Of a stretch of DNA of 64,000 nt, positions 1-7,071 are shown piece after piece. The stretch spans positions 1,481,745 through 1,545,744 of the forward strand of contig OY969889.1 in NCBI GenBank assembly GCA_963704335.1. The letters are read 5' to 3'. The DNA is from an uncultured Actinomycetes bacterium (GTDB lineage: Bacteria > Actinomycetota > Thermoleophilia > Gaiellales > Gaiellaceae). Under the pieces are notes generated by a model that was not told the DNA's origin, did no database searches, and saw nothing but the letters and a program-made list of their open reading frames with translations. How positions within the stretch are numbered: position 1 is the first letter of the stretch; each line of letters starts with the position of its first letter. The translations under genes and the position numbers were made by a program.

Positions 1-803
1 CGACGAAACCGGCTGCGCGCCAGTCCGATGTGTCCTTCCGGCTCCTGCACCGCGAGTGTCAGACACCGATCAAGCAGAAGCGCTGGTGCCCCACGCACGA
101 CCGAGAAGTCGGCCCGGACGAGATCGTTCGTGGCTGGGAGGTCTCGAAGGGCGAGTTCATCATCGTGGAGGACGCGGATCTCGAGGCGATCGACCGGGAC
201 ACCACCTCCCGCGCCATCGATATCAGGAGCTTCGTGCCGGCGGACGACGTCGACCCGATCTACTACGACCGCACGTACTACCTCGTTCCGGCCAGCGCCG
301 GGGCGCAGCGGCGCCCGTACGTGCTGCTCCTCGAGGCCATGCGGGATACGAAGACGGCCGCGCTCGGGAGCTTCGTGCTTGCCGGCAAGGAGAAGCTGGC
401 GCTCATTCGCGTGCAGGACAACGCGCTCGTGCTCGAGACGCTCTTCGTCGGCGAGGACGTCTACTCCGATGCGGAGATCGTGGAAGCGGTCAGCGACGTG
501 AAGACGAAGAAGCAGGAAGTTGCCCTGGCGCTACAGGTGATCGACAGCCTGGCCGGCGAGTTCGACCCCGATGAGCTCGTCAGCGACTATCGACGCGACC
601 TGGAGAAGCTGCTCGAGGAGAAGCTCAAGGGGGCGCCGACCTCGAAGCCCGAGGCCGAAGAGGAAGTCGAGCCTCAGGTGATCGACCTAATGGAGGCGTT
701 GCGGAAGAGCGTGGCGGACGCGAAGAAGCGCAAGGCGCCTGCGGAGAAGCCTGCGGCCAAGCGGGCACCCGCCCGCAAGAAGGTCGCCGCGAAGAAGCGC
801 TAG
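1..803 (+). CDS. ku: Ku protein (non-homologous end joining), N-terminus cut by window edge
   Basis: Frame 3 is open from the window edge: ...DVSFRLLHRECQTPIKQKRWCPTHDREVGPDEIVRGWEVSKGEFIIVEDADLEAIDRD...YYLVP. This is a typical bacterial Ku core followed by a Lys/Ala-rich basic tail (KKRKAPAEKPAAKRAPARKKVAAKKR). Stop TAG 801-803. Confidence 0.9.
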   Translation, partial: TKPAARQSDVSFRLLHRECQTPIKQKRWCPTHDREVGPDEIVRGWEVSKGEFIIVEDADLEAIDRDTTSRAIDIRSFVPADDVDPIYYDRTYYLVPASAGAQRRPYVLLLEAMRDTKTAALGSFVLAGKEKLALIRVQDNALVLETLFVGEDVYSDAEIVEAVSDVKTKKQEVALALQVIDSLAGEFDPDELVSDYRRDLEKLLEEKLKGAPTSKPEAEEEVEPQVIDLMEALRKSVADAKKRKAPAEKPAAKRAPARKKVAAKKR

Positions 804-964
804 CCGGCTTTCGGCGCGGTCGCCTCGAGCTGCGCCTGGAACAGTGTCTTGTCGATCTTGCCCTGGTAGATCGGTACGCCCTCTTCCACGCAGAAGCGGA
901 TGACGTCCTCCCGCTCCATGCCGACCTCCTTGGACAGCTCTTCCGGCGTCAGATGATTGGGCAT
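800..964 (-). CDS. small 54-aa helix-turn-helix protein (excisionase/MerR-like HTH pattern); absent from ORF track because of length
   Basis: Own translation: MPNHLTPEELSKEVGMEREDVIRFCVEEGVPIYQGKIDKTLFQAQLEATAPKAG*. ATG (964-962) is preceded by AAGGAGG 4 nt upstream. The pattern LTxEELxxxxGxxxxxVxxxxxxGxxP resembles HTH_17-type binders. Its stop overlaps the Ku stop in a CTAG. Confidence 0.5.
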   Translation of the reverse strand: MPNHLTPEELSKEVGMEREDVIRFCVEEGVPIYQGKIDKTLFQAQLEATAPKAG

Positions 965-992
965 CGTTCCTCCTTCAGGCGATCACGGCATG

Positions 993-1029
993 AAAAAAGC
1001 CCGGCGGCCGTCGAGGCTCGCGCGGGCTT
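993..1029 (-). terminator. intrinsic terminator-like hairpin plus U6 downstream of the Nif3-like gene
   Basis: Minus-strand RNA reads AAGCCCGCGCGAGCCUCGACGGCCGCCGGGC followed by UUUUUU. The closing pairs GCCCG/CGGGC are seen directly. It lies 113 nt after the stop at 1143. Confidence 0.6.
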
Positions 1030-1142
1030 ACGCCGATGCACGTGGGTTCGTGTCGCGGGGCTCACCGGGCCCGCGCCGCAGAAACAGTCATCGCTCTGAG
1101 CATACTCCGGGACCTGCCCGCAGCGCAACGGCGCGAGACGTC

Positions 1143-1886
1143 TCAGACCGGGTTCGTCAGCTCGATGAAGTGCCAGTCGAGAGAGAACTGCTCGGCGAGT
1201 CGGCGAGACAGTGCCTGGACCCCCAGCCGCTCCGTCGCATAGTGCCCGCCGGCGATGAAATGGATGCCGAGCTCTCGTGCCGCCATCATCGCCGGCTCGG
1301 CCGGCTCGCCGGTGAGGAAGGCGTCATAGCCGGCTGCCGCGGCGTCGGCGAGTAACCCAGCAGCGCCACCGGACACGATCGCCACGCGCCGGATCTCGTC
1401 CGGCCCGTACTGGAAGGCCAGCGGCTCACGTCCTCCCAGTACGTCCCGTACCCGTGCAGTGAAGGCGTCCGGGCTCAGAGGCTGGACGAGCGAGCCGCCG
1501 TGCCCGACGTCGAACACCGAGTCCAGCTCGACCCCCAGCTCGCGGGCGAGCAGGGCGTTGTTACCCAGATCCGGGTGAGCATCGAGTGCGAGGTGGTACG
1601 CCGCAAGCGTGATGTCGGCGTCGATGAGCGCCTTGAGCCGGCCTTTCATCTTCGCGTCGACGACGCGGGGATCCCGTTCCCAGAAGAGACCGTGATGAAC
1701 GATCACCATCTGGGCTCCGAGCGCGGCCGTGTGCTCGAACAGCGCTCGCGACGACGACACGCCGCAGGCAATCGTGGTCACCTCGTCGGCACCGACTACC
1801 TGCAGGCCTATCGGCCCGTAGTCCGGATACGAGGCTACGTCGAGCAGCTCGTCTGCGAACGCGAGAATCTCGTCCCGGTGCGCCAC
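1143..1886 (-). CDS. Nif3-like dinuclear metal centre protein (GTP cyclohydrolase 1 type 2 / YbgI family)
   Basis: C-terminal 247 aa of the 1143..2207 ORF: VAHRDEILAFADELLDVASYPDYGPIGLQVVG...MVIVHHGLFW...IAGGHYATERLGVQAL. GTG at 1886 was chosen because the upstream part is Ser/Arg/Pro-rich junk that overlaps ssb. Confidence 0.8.
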   Translation of the reverse strand: MAHRDEILAFADELLDVASYPDYGPIGLQVVGADEVTTIACGVSSSRALFEHTAALGAQMVIVHHGLFWERDPRVVDAKMKGRLKALIDADITLAAYHLALDAHPDLGNNALLARELGVELDSVFDVGHGGSLVQPLSPDAFTARVRDVLGGREPLAFQYGPDEIRRVAIVSGGAAGLLADAAAAGYDAFLTGEPAEPAMMAARELGIHFIAGGHYATERLGVQALSRRLAEQFSLDWHFIELTNPV

Positions 1887-1911
1887 GCGGGGCAGTGTAT
1901 GTCCGCGAGGG

Positions 1912-2268
1912 CTAGGTAGCCGCAGCTGCAAAGGGGATGTCCGCGTCCGTGGCCGCACCTCCTTCCGGTGGCGAGAGGAACTCGACACGGCCGGCGATGA
2001 CCTCGATCGCGCTGCGCCGGCTGCCGTCCTCGGCGTCCCAGGAGCGGCTGCGAAGCCGGCCCTCGATGCCAACGCGCTTGCCCTTGCCGAGATACTCGTT
2101 GCAGAGCTCGGCCTGACGGTCCCAGACGCTGACGTGGACGAAGTCCGCGCCTGCGTCCTTCGAAGGCCTGTCGATCGCGAGCAGGAAGCCGGCCACCTGC
2201 TTTCCATCGCCGACAGCCTTCAGCTCGACATCCGTGGCGAGGTTGCCGATGAGGCTGACGACGTTCAT
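1912..2268 (-). CDS. ssb: single-stranded DNA-binding protein, short paralogue (118 aa)
   Basis: MNVVSLIGNLATDVELKAVGDGKQVAGFLLAIDRP...VHVSVWDRQAELCNEYLGKGKRVGIEGRLRSRSW is an OB-fold SSB signature. ATG at 2268. The tail ends ...TDADIPFAAAAT. Confidence 0.85.
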   Translation of the reverse strand: MNVVSLIGNLATDVELKAVGDGKQVAGFLLAIDRPSKDAGADFVHVSVWDRQAELCNEYLGKGKRVGIEGRLRSRSWDAEDGSRRSAIEVIAGRVEFLSPPEGGAATDADIPFAAAAT

Positions 2269-2314
2269 GCCTCGACGGTAGCCGGGAGTGCGTGACGTGT
2301 CTGTGCCAGGTCCG

Positions 2315-2334
2315 CGCCGGAAGTGTTTCCGGCG
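2315..2334. repeat. perfect hairpin CGCCGGAA-GTGT-TTCCGGCG between tRNA-Pro and ssb
   Basis: 8-bp inverted repeat with a 4-nt loop, read directly from the sequence. Confidence 0.6.
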
Positions 2335-2345
2335 ACACGCCTTCA

Positions 2346-2372
2346 CGCGGGGGAACCCATGGTTCCCCCGCG
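2346..2372. repeat. GGGGGAAC...GTTCCCCC hairpin, copy 1 of 3 in window
   Basis: CGCGGGGGAACC-CAT-GGTTCCCCCGCG forms a 12-bp stem. It shares the core with the hairpins at 31752-31778 and 31804-31829. It lies 25 nt downstream of the tRNA-Pro 3' end. Confidence 0.7.
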
Positions 2373-2396
2373 AGCCCTCTCCTTCACGAAAGGCAA

Positions 2397-2470
2397 TCGG
2401 GGTGCCCAGATTTGAACTGGGGGCCTCTCCGACCCGAACGGAGCGCGCTACCAGGCTGCGCCACACCCCG
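2397..2470 (-). tRNA. tRNA-Pro, anticodon CGG
   Basis: The reverse complement reads CGGGGTGTGGCGCAGCCTGGTAGCGCGCTCCGTTCGGGTCGGAGAGGCCCCCAGTTCAAATCTGGGCACCCCGA. Acceptor CGGGGTG/CACCCCG, anticodon stem CTCCG/CGGAG with loop TT-CGG-GT, T-arm CCCAG-TTCAAAT-CTGGG. CCA is not encoded. Confidence 0.93.
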
Positions 2471-2579
2471 AGGCTCACAGCTTATCGGCCGTTCTCGGCT
2501 CGTCAGGCGGGAACGCAGACGAACCAGCGGCCGCCGTCCCCGTCGAGCCAGCGATCGAGCAGGCGCCGTGCTCGTGCCC

Positions 2580-3812
2580 TCAAGCCGCTGTCCGCACGCT
2601 GCGCAGGAGCAGGGGGACCGCCCAGAGGAAGCTGGCGAGCGCGAAGCCCACGGTGAGGATCGTCGCCGCATCTGCGGTCTGCGAGACGAGAGCCGTGAGC
2701 GCGTACCCGACCGGCAGGAGACCGATGGCGCCGAAGAAGTCGAGGCTCGTCACGCGAGCGAGCTTTCCCTCCGGCACCCACTCCATCATCAGCGTCGCCC
2801 AGACGCCGATCGCGTAGCCGATCAGCACCCCACGGACGACCATCAGCGCCGCCGCCACCTCGTACGACTCCTGGAGCGTCATAGCCACGGCGAACACGTC
2901 GTTCAGAGCGAGAAAGCCGAAGATCTGCCAGATCCGATGCGTCTGTGGGTTGATCTGGCCGAATGCGATCATGCCGATCGTCATCCCCGCCGCCTCGAAG
3001 GCGAAGAGGAGACCGTAGGCGCCGACGCCCTTGCCGAACTGCTCGGAGACGAAGCTCGGCGCGAGCGCCTGGAACGGCGCCATCGCCACCATCAGCACGA
3101 CGGACGTGACGGCGATCCCCACCCACAGCCAGGGCACGCCCGCGACGTAGCGCATGCCTTCGACGATCGACTTCCACGTGCCCTCGCTCGGCTCGCGCTC
3201 GAACGAACGCGGTCGCGCCGGCACGAGTAACGCGGCGGAAACGAGGAACGTGATCGAGTTGAGGCCGAAGACCGCCGCCGAGCCGGCGACGCCGTAGATC
3301 GTGCCGGCGAGCGCCGGGCCGACTACGAACGACGCCTGGCGCGAGATGCCGATCAGGGTGTTGGCCGACGCGAGCTCGTGCGACTCCACGACGAGCGGCA
3401 CGATCCCGCCCGCGGCGGGATAGAAGAATCCGTCCGCCAGCCCGAACGCGACGGCGAGCGCGAGCAACAGACCGAATGACAGGTGCCCCGAGACATCGAG
3501 CAAGGCCAGCGCACCCATGATCAGGACGCGCGCGAGATCCGAGGTGATCATCAGCATCCGTCGCGAGTAGCGGTCGGCGAGCGCGCCGCCGATCAGCACG
3601 GTCGTCAGCAGGGCGGCGCTGTGCGCCATGAGCACGATCGCGAGCGACGTGGCCGAGCCCGTAAGCGTCGTCGTCCGCCAGCCGAGCGCGATGAGAAACG
3701 CGCCGTCCCCGACGAGGGACACCGTCCGCGCCGACCAGAGCAGGCGGAAGTCACGGCTGCGGAAGGCGTGCAGCGCCCGTGCGCCACGCATTCGGCCGGA
3801 CTCTGCTTCCAC
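2580..3812 (-). CDS. MFS transporter (EntS/DUF894-like)
   Basis: 410-aa ORF with about 12 hydrophobic segments and an N-terminus ...FRSRDFRLLWSARTVSLVGDGAFLIALGW typical of this MFS subgroup. Start (GTG 3812 or ATG 3791) is uncertain. Confidence 0.8.
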   Translation of the reverse strand: MEAESGRMRGARALHAFRSRDFRLLWSARTVSLVGDGAFLIALGWRTTTLTGSATSLAIVLMAHSAALLTTVLIGGALADRYSRRMLMITSDLARVLIMGALALLDVSGHLSFGLLLALAVAFGLADGFFYPAAGGIVPLVVESHELASANTLIGISRQASFVVGPALAGTIYGVAGSAAVFGLNSITFLVSAALLVPARPRSFEREPSEGTWKSIVEGMRYVAGVPWLWVGIAVTSVVLMVAMAPFQALAPSFVSEQFGKGVGAYGLLFAFEAAGMTIGMIAFGQINPQTHRIWQIFGFLALNDVFAVAMTLQESYEVAAALMVVRGVLIGYAIGVWATLMMEWVPEGKLARVTSLDFFGAIGLLPVGYALTALVSQTADAATILTVGFALASFLWAVPLLLRSVRTAA

Positions 3813-3837
3813 GTGCCGAGGCTATCCTCGGCGGCGC

Positions 3838-4515
3838 GTGGCCCGTCCGCTGGCAGTTCTCCTCGATGTCGACTTCACGCTCGTCCAGCCGGGGCCTGAG
3901 CTCGGTCCGGAGGCCTACCGGGCGCTAGGCGAGGCGCACGACCTGCGGCTGGACACCGACCGCTACGCGGACGCGCGGGCCGCCGCCGTCGACGATCTCG
4001 AGCGGCATCCCGAGCTCGACCACGACGAGGAGATCTGGATCCGCTTCACGGAGGACATTGTCCGGGGCATGGGCGGCGAGGGACCCGAGGTGGGGATCGT
4101 CGCCCGCGAGATCGTTAGCCGCTGGGAGCACGCGAGACACTTCGAGCTCTACGACGACGTCGTGCCCGTGCTCGCCGAGCTGAAGGAGCAGGGCTTGAAG
4201 GTCGGCCTCGTCTCGAACACGAGCCGCGACCTCGATGCGTTCGTCCGCCACTTCGGCATCGAGGTCGATGCCTGGATCTCGTCCGGGAGTCACGGGAAGG
4301 TCAAGCCCAGCCCGCTGATCTTCACGGCCGCGCTCGAGCTGCTCGAGGTCGAGGCCGCCGACGCCGTGATGGTCGGCGACTCGCTCGAGGACGACGTCGA
4401 AGGTGCGCGGGCGTGCGGGATGCGGGCGATCCTCATCGATCGCGCCGGTCGCTTTCCGGAACAGGCGGACCGGATCGAGTCGCTGCGCGAGCTGCCTGCT
4501 GCGCTCGCCGTCTAG
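3838..4515 (+). CDS. HAD-superfamily hydrolase
   Basis: GTG at 3838 gives VARPLAVLLDVDFTLV (DxDxT motif I). Later LVSNTS (motif II), K...GDS.EDD (motifs III/IV). The upstream part of the 3628 ORF is antisense to the MFS gene. Confidence 0.8.
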   Translation: MARPLAVLLDVDFTLVQPGPELGPEAYRALGEAHDLRLDTDRYADARAAAVDDLERHPELDHDEEIWIRFTEDIVRGMGGEGPEVGIVAREIVSRWEHARHFELYDDVVPVLAELKEQGLKVGLVSNTSRDLDAFVRHFGIEVDAWISSGSHGKVKPSPLIFTAALELLEVEAADAVMVGDSLEDDVEGARACGMRAILIDRAGRFPEQADRIESLRELPAALAV

Positions 4516-4727
4516 CTCAGCAACGCCAGTACCTCGCCGTCCTCGGGGAAGCGGCCCAGCTCGTGCTTTGAGAACACGGGCCGACCGTCCACGATGACGT
4601 CGTACTGGCCCCTGCCGCCTGGAATCGCCTCGGCGTCGTAGCCTTCGGCGATGAGCTCGGCCGCGAGACTCGCGGCCTGTTCGTCGTAGCCCGATCAGGT
4701 CGGGCAGTAGTGGATCTCGACGTGCAT
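4512..4727 (-). CDS. SelW/SelT/SelH (Rdx)-family thioredoxin-like mini-protein with in-frame TGA at the CxxU position (candidate selenoprotein; alternatively a pseudogene)
   Basis: Own translation: MHVEIHYCPT-[TGA at 4697-4695]-SGYDEQAASLAAELIAEGYDAEAIPGGRGQYDVIVDGRPVFSKHELGRFPEDGEVLALLS*. It parallels SelW (VxVxYCxxUGY...G.F.V.V.G..V.SK). GC3-rich coding continues for 60 codons after the TGA. Confidence 0.6.
4659..4677 (-). promoter_or_regulatory. SECIS-like hairpin 18 nt downstream of the in-frame UGA
   Basis: Minus-strand RNA GGCCGCGA-GUC-UCGCGGCC: perfect 8-bp stem, G in the apical loop, loop about 26 nt after the UGA. Confidence 0.45.
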
Positions 4728-4752
4728 CGCCGAGAGCCTACTCTTCGCCTCG

Positions 4753-5232
4753 ATGCAGACAGCGCCCGCGATCGAGCACGCGAGCCCTGACGATGTTGAG
4801 GCCGTCCGCCGTCTGTTCGTCGAGTACCAGGAGTCGCTCGGCGTCGACCTCTGCTTCCAGGGATTCGACCGCGAGTTGGCGGAGTTGCCCGGTGACTACG
4901 TTCCGCCCGCCGGCGGTCTGCTGGTTGTCCGAGCTGAGGACGGCATCGCCGCCTGCGTGGCGCTGCGCAAGCTCGATCCCGAGACGTGTGAGATGAAGCG
5001 GCTCTATGTCCGGCCGGCGCAGCGCGGTCTCGGGTGGGGAAGAGCGCTCGCCGAGGCCGTCATCGCGGAGGCGCGAGAGATCGGATACCGGCGGATGCGG
5101 CTCGACACGCTGCCCTCCATGAACGAGGCCCAAGCGCTCTACGAGCGGCTGGGCTTCCGCGAGATCGATCCGTACACCGAGAACCCGGTGCCCGGTGCGC
5201 GCTTCCTTCAGCTGGAGCTTAGGAGCTCCTAA
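4753..5232 (+). CDS. GNAT family N-acetyltransferase
   Basis: 159 aa. The acetyl-CoA binding motif RLYVRPAQRGLGWGRALAEAVIAEAREIGY...LGF is characteristic of GNAT. Confidence 0.88.
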   Translation: MQTAPAIEHASPDDVEAVRRLFVEYQESLGVDLCFQGFDRELAELPGDYVPPAGGLLVVRAEDGIAACVALRKLDPETCEMKRLYVRPAQRGLGWGRALAEAVIAEAREIGYRRMRLDTLPSMNEAQALYERLGFREIDPYTENPVPGARFLQLELRSS

Positions 5233-5383
5233 CGCGACGAAGCACGGGCCGTCTGGCCGCGCTGAGCGGCGCCCTGCGGCGTCCTCGGTCGCGCCAATAG
5301 CGCTGCCATTGCCGCTCCCTGCGTCCTTGCATCGCACTCGCCCATCGCGCCCAGCCAGCGCGTGATCGATGCGTTAGGAGCTC
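5223..5383 (-). ncRNA. about 161-nt structured repeat element, copy A (sense on minus strand); function unknown
   Basis: 13-bp closing inverted repeat GAGCTCCTAACGC (5223-5235)/GCGTTAGGAGCTC (5371-5383). Core 5274-5333 is the reverse complement of GATGCAAGGACGCAGGGAGC-N21-GCGACCGAGGACGCCGCAG. Same layout as copy B. Confidence 0.5.
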
Positions 5384-5643
5384 TGAGCGTCCGCCGCCTT
5401 CGCGGCGGTGTCGGCGCCGAGCGCCTTCACGACCTCGGGCCGTTCCATCACGCGGGCGATCTCGGCCGGGCTGCAGCGGTTGACCACGTAGGGGTCGTCG
5501 AGGATGTCGTCGAGGGTTCGGCCGCGGTCGTGCTCGCGGACGATGTAGGCGGCGATGCGCTCGTTCGAGCTCTTCGTGCTCGCAAAGAGATTACGAATGA
5601 AATCGCCGAGCCGGGCCACGGAGCGATTGTATCCTTGCCCCAT
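5374..5643 (-). CDS. hypothetical protein (89 aa)
   Basis: MGQGYNRSVARLGDFIRNLFASTKSSNERIAAYIVREHDRGRTLDDILDDPYVVNRCSPAEIARVMERPEVVKALG... has protein-like composition. The upstream part of the 149-aa ORF is Ser/Thr/Pro/Arg junk. Confidence 0.55.
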   Translation of the reverse strand: MGQGYNRSVARLGDFIRNLFASTKSSNERIAAYIVREHDRGRTLDDILDDPYVVNRCSPAEIARVMERPEVVKALGADTAAKAADAQSS

Positions 5644-5986
5644 GCGCGGGGCCTCGTCGTCCAGGCGCTTTGCCGAGCGTGTCGTGGCGGGCCTTGACGA
5701 CGGCGGCGTGCCGGAGCCGGTCGTCCTCTGGATCGAATGGTGCGAGGACGGGTCGTGGTCGGTCGGGCGCGCGATCGACCCGCAGCACCGGCCGACGGAC
5801 GAGCCGAAGGCCGACGACGTCATCTTCGCGGGCTACGAGCTCGACGACGCCCTCGAGCACGCAAACGAGGCGCTGGAGGACGAGGTGCGGGTCCTGGAGG
5901 AGGAGGGCATCGACGTCAAGGTGACGCCGTTCACGCGCCAGGAGATCCTCCCCAAGCTCGAGCAGCGCTTCCTGCACGAGATGTAG
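5642..5986 (+). CDS. hypothetical acidic protein (about 100-114 aa; start uncertain: ATG 5642, GTG 5684 or GTG 5708)
   Basis: ...VPEPVVLWIEWCEDGSWSVGRAIDPQHRPTDEPKADDVIFAGYELDDALEHANEALEDEVRVLEEEGIDVKVTPFTRQEILPKLEQRFLHEM. Protein-like composition, no family recognised. Confidence 0.5.
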   Translation: MRGASSSRRFAERVVAGLDDGGVPEPVVLWIEWCEDGSWSVGRAIDPQHRPTDEPKADDVIFAGYELDDALEHANEALEDEVRVLEEEGIDVKVTPFTRQEILPKLEQRFLHEM

Positions 5987-5991
5987 ATCCG

Positions 5992-6154
5992 GGAGGGTCT
6001 GGCGCGACGGTGCTCGTCGCCGGGGCGCGCTGGAGGTTGTGATGCAAGGACGCAGGGAGCCCGCGTACTAACCAGTACGTGGGCGACCGAGGACGCCGCA
6101 GCGCGGCCTCCAGCGTGATTCCGGCGGCACAGTCACTGTTTCGCCAGACCCTCC
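5992..6154 (+). ncRNA. about 163-nt structured repeat element, copy B (sense on plus strand); function unknown
   Basis: 13-bp closing stem GGAGGGTCTGGCG (5992-6004)/CGCCAGACCCTCC (6142-6154). Inner 9-bp stem CGCTGGAGG (6028-6036)/CCTCCAGCG (6107-6115). Core GATGCAAGGACGCAGGGAGC (6041-6060)-N22 hairpin-GCGACCGAGGACGCCGCAG (6083-6101). Confidence 0.5.
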
Positions 6155-6198
6155 TAAGTGCACCGGGCTCGCGTGGGGGCTGCTAGGGTCGACCGCCG

Positions 6199-7026
6199 AT
6201 GCAGATCCGCCTTGGCCATAGCCCGGACGCCGACGACGCCTTCATGTTCTGGGCGCTCGCCTCGGGCCGCGTCGATCGACGCGGCTTCGAGTTCGAGCAC
6301 GTTCTGCGCGACATCCAGACGCTGAACGAGTGGGCTCTCGAGGGCCGGCTGGAGACGACCGCCATCTCGCTGCACGCATACCCGTTCGTCCAGGACCGGT
6401 ACGTCCTGCTGCCGCACGGTGCGAGCATGGGCGCCGGCTACGGCCCGATCGTCGTTGCGCGCGAGCCGCTGGCGCTGGAGGATCTCGCGGACCTCGAGAT
6501 CGCCGTACCCGGTCGCATGACGACTGCGTTCCTCGTCCTCCGCATGGCGATCGGCGACTTCCGCTACCGCGAGGTGCCGTTCGATCAGATCCTCGACGAG
6601 GTGAAGGCGGGCGATGCAGACGTGGGGCTCATCATCCACGAGGGTCAGCTGACCTACGCGGACGAGGGCCTCGAGAAGGTGCTCGACCTCGGGGAGTGGT
6701 GGTTGTTGGAGACGGGGCTGCCGCTGCCGCTCGGCGCCAACGTCGCCCGGCGCGATCTCGGTGACGAGGTGCTCGCGGAGCTGTCGACGGTGCTCCAGGA
6801 TTCGATCCGCACCGGCCTCGACAATCGGAACGAGGCGATGGCCTACGCGATGGAGTTCAGCCGCGGTCTGGAGCCCCACCTCGCCGACCGCTTCGTCGGC
6901 ATGTACGTCAACGACCTGACGTGCGACTACGGCGAAGAGGGCCGGGCGGCGGTCGAGGAGCTGTTACGGCGCGCCGAGGCACTCGGTGCGTACGAACGCC
7001 CCGTCCGCGTCGAGTTCGTCTCCTAG
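6199..7026 (+). CDS. mqnD: MqnA/MqnD-family protein, most like 1,4-dihydroxy-6-naphthoate synthase (futalosine menaquinone pathway)
   Basis: MQIRLGHSPDADDAFMFWALASGRVD..FEFEHVLRDIQTLNEWALEGRLETTAISLHAYPFVQDRYVLL parallels the MqnD N-terminus (LGYSPCPNDTFIF.AL..G....LE.VLEDVETLN..ALEG.L..TK.S..AY). Confidence 0.65.
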   Translation: MQIRLGHSPDADDAFMFWALASGRVDRRGFEFEHVLRDIQTLNEWALEGRLETTAISLHAYPFVQDRYVLLPHGASMGAGYGPIVVAREPLALEDLADLEIAVPGRMTTAFLVLRMAIGDFRYREVPFDQILDEVKAGDADVGLIIHEGQLTYADEGLEKVLDLGEWWLLETGLPLPLGANVARRDLGDEVLAELSTVLQDSIRTGLDNRNEAMAYAMEFSRGLEPHLADRFVGMYVNDLTCDYGEEGRAAVEELLRRAEALGAYERPVRVEFVS

Positions 7027-7071
7027 TCAGTTGCTCTGAAGATTCGGCCGCTCGCGGCCGATAGCAACGGG

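Noticed and set aside
5223-5383. Integron attC-like reading of element A: terminal ...CCTAAC / GTTAGG... boxes around an imperfect palindrome.
   Set aside because: The R-box positions do not fit RYYYAAC/GTTRRRY exactly. At 161 nt it is longer than typical attC sites. There is no intI integrase or attI in the window. Copy B has completely different terminal arms. A structured-RNA explanation fits both copies better.
5992-6154. Retron msr-msd-like ncRNA (terminal inverted repeats of about 13 nt around a structured core).
   Set aside because: No reverse transcriptase gene is adjacent or anywhere in the window, and two copies in mirror orientation are not retron-like.
7030-7068. Long imperfect hairpin GTTGCT...TCGGCCG-CTCG-CGGCCGA-T-AGCAAC between the mqnD-like gene and the membrane protein gene, as a terminator.
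   Set aside because: No U-tract follows, and the next gene starts 4 nt after it on the same strand. It could be a processing or attenuation site, but there is no supporting evidence.
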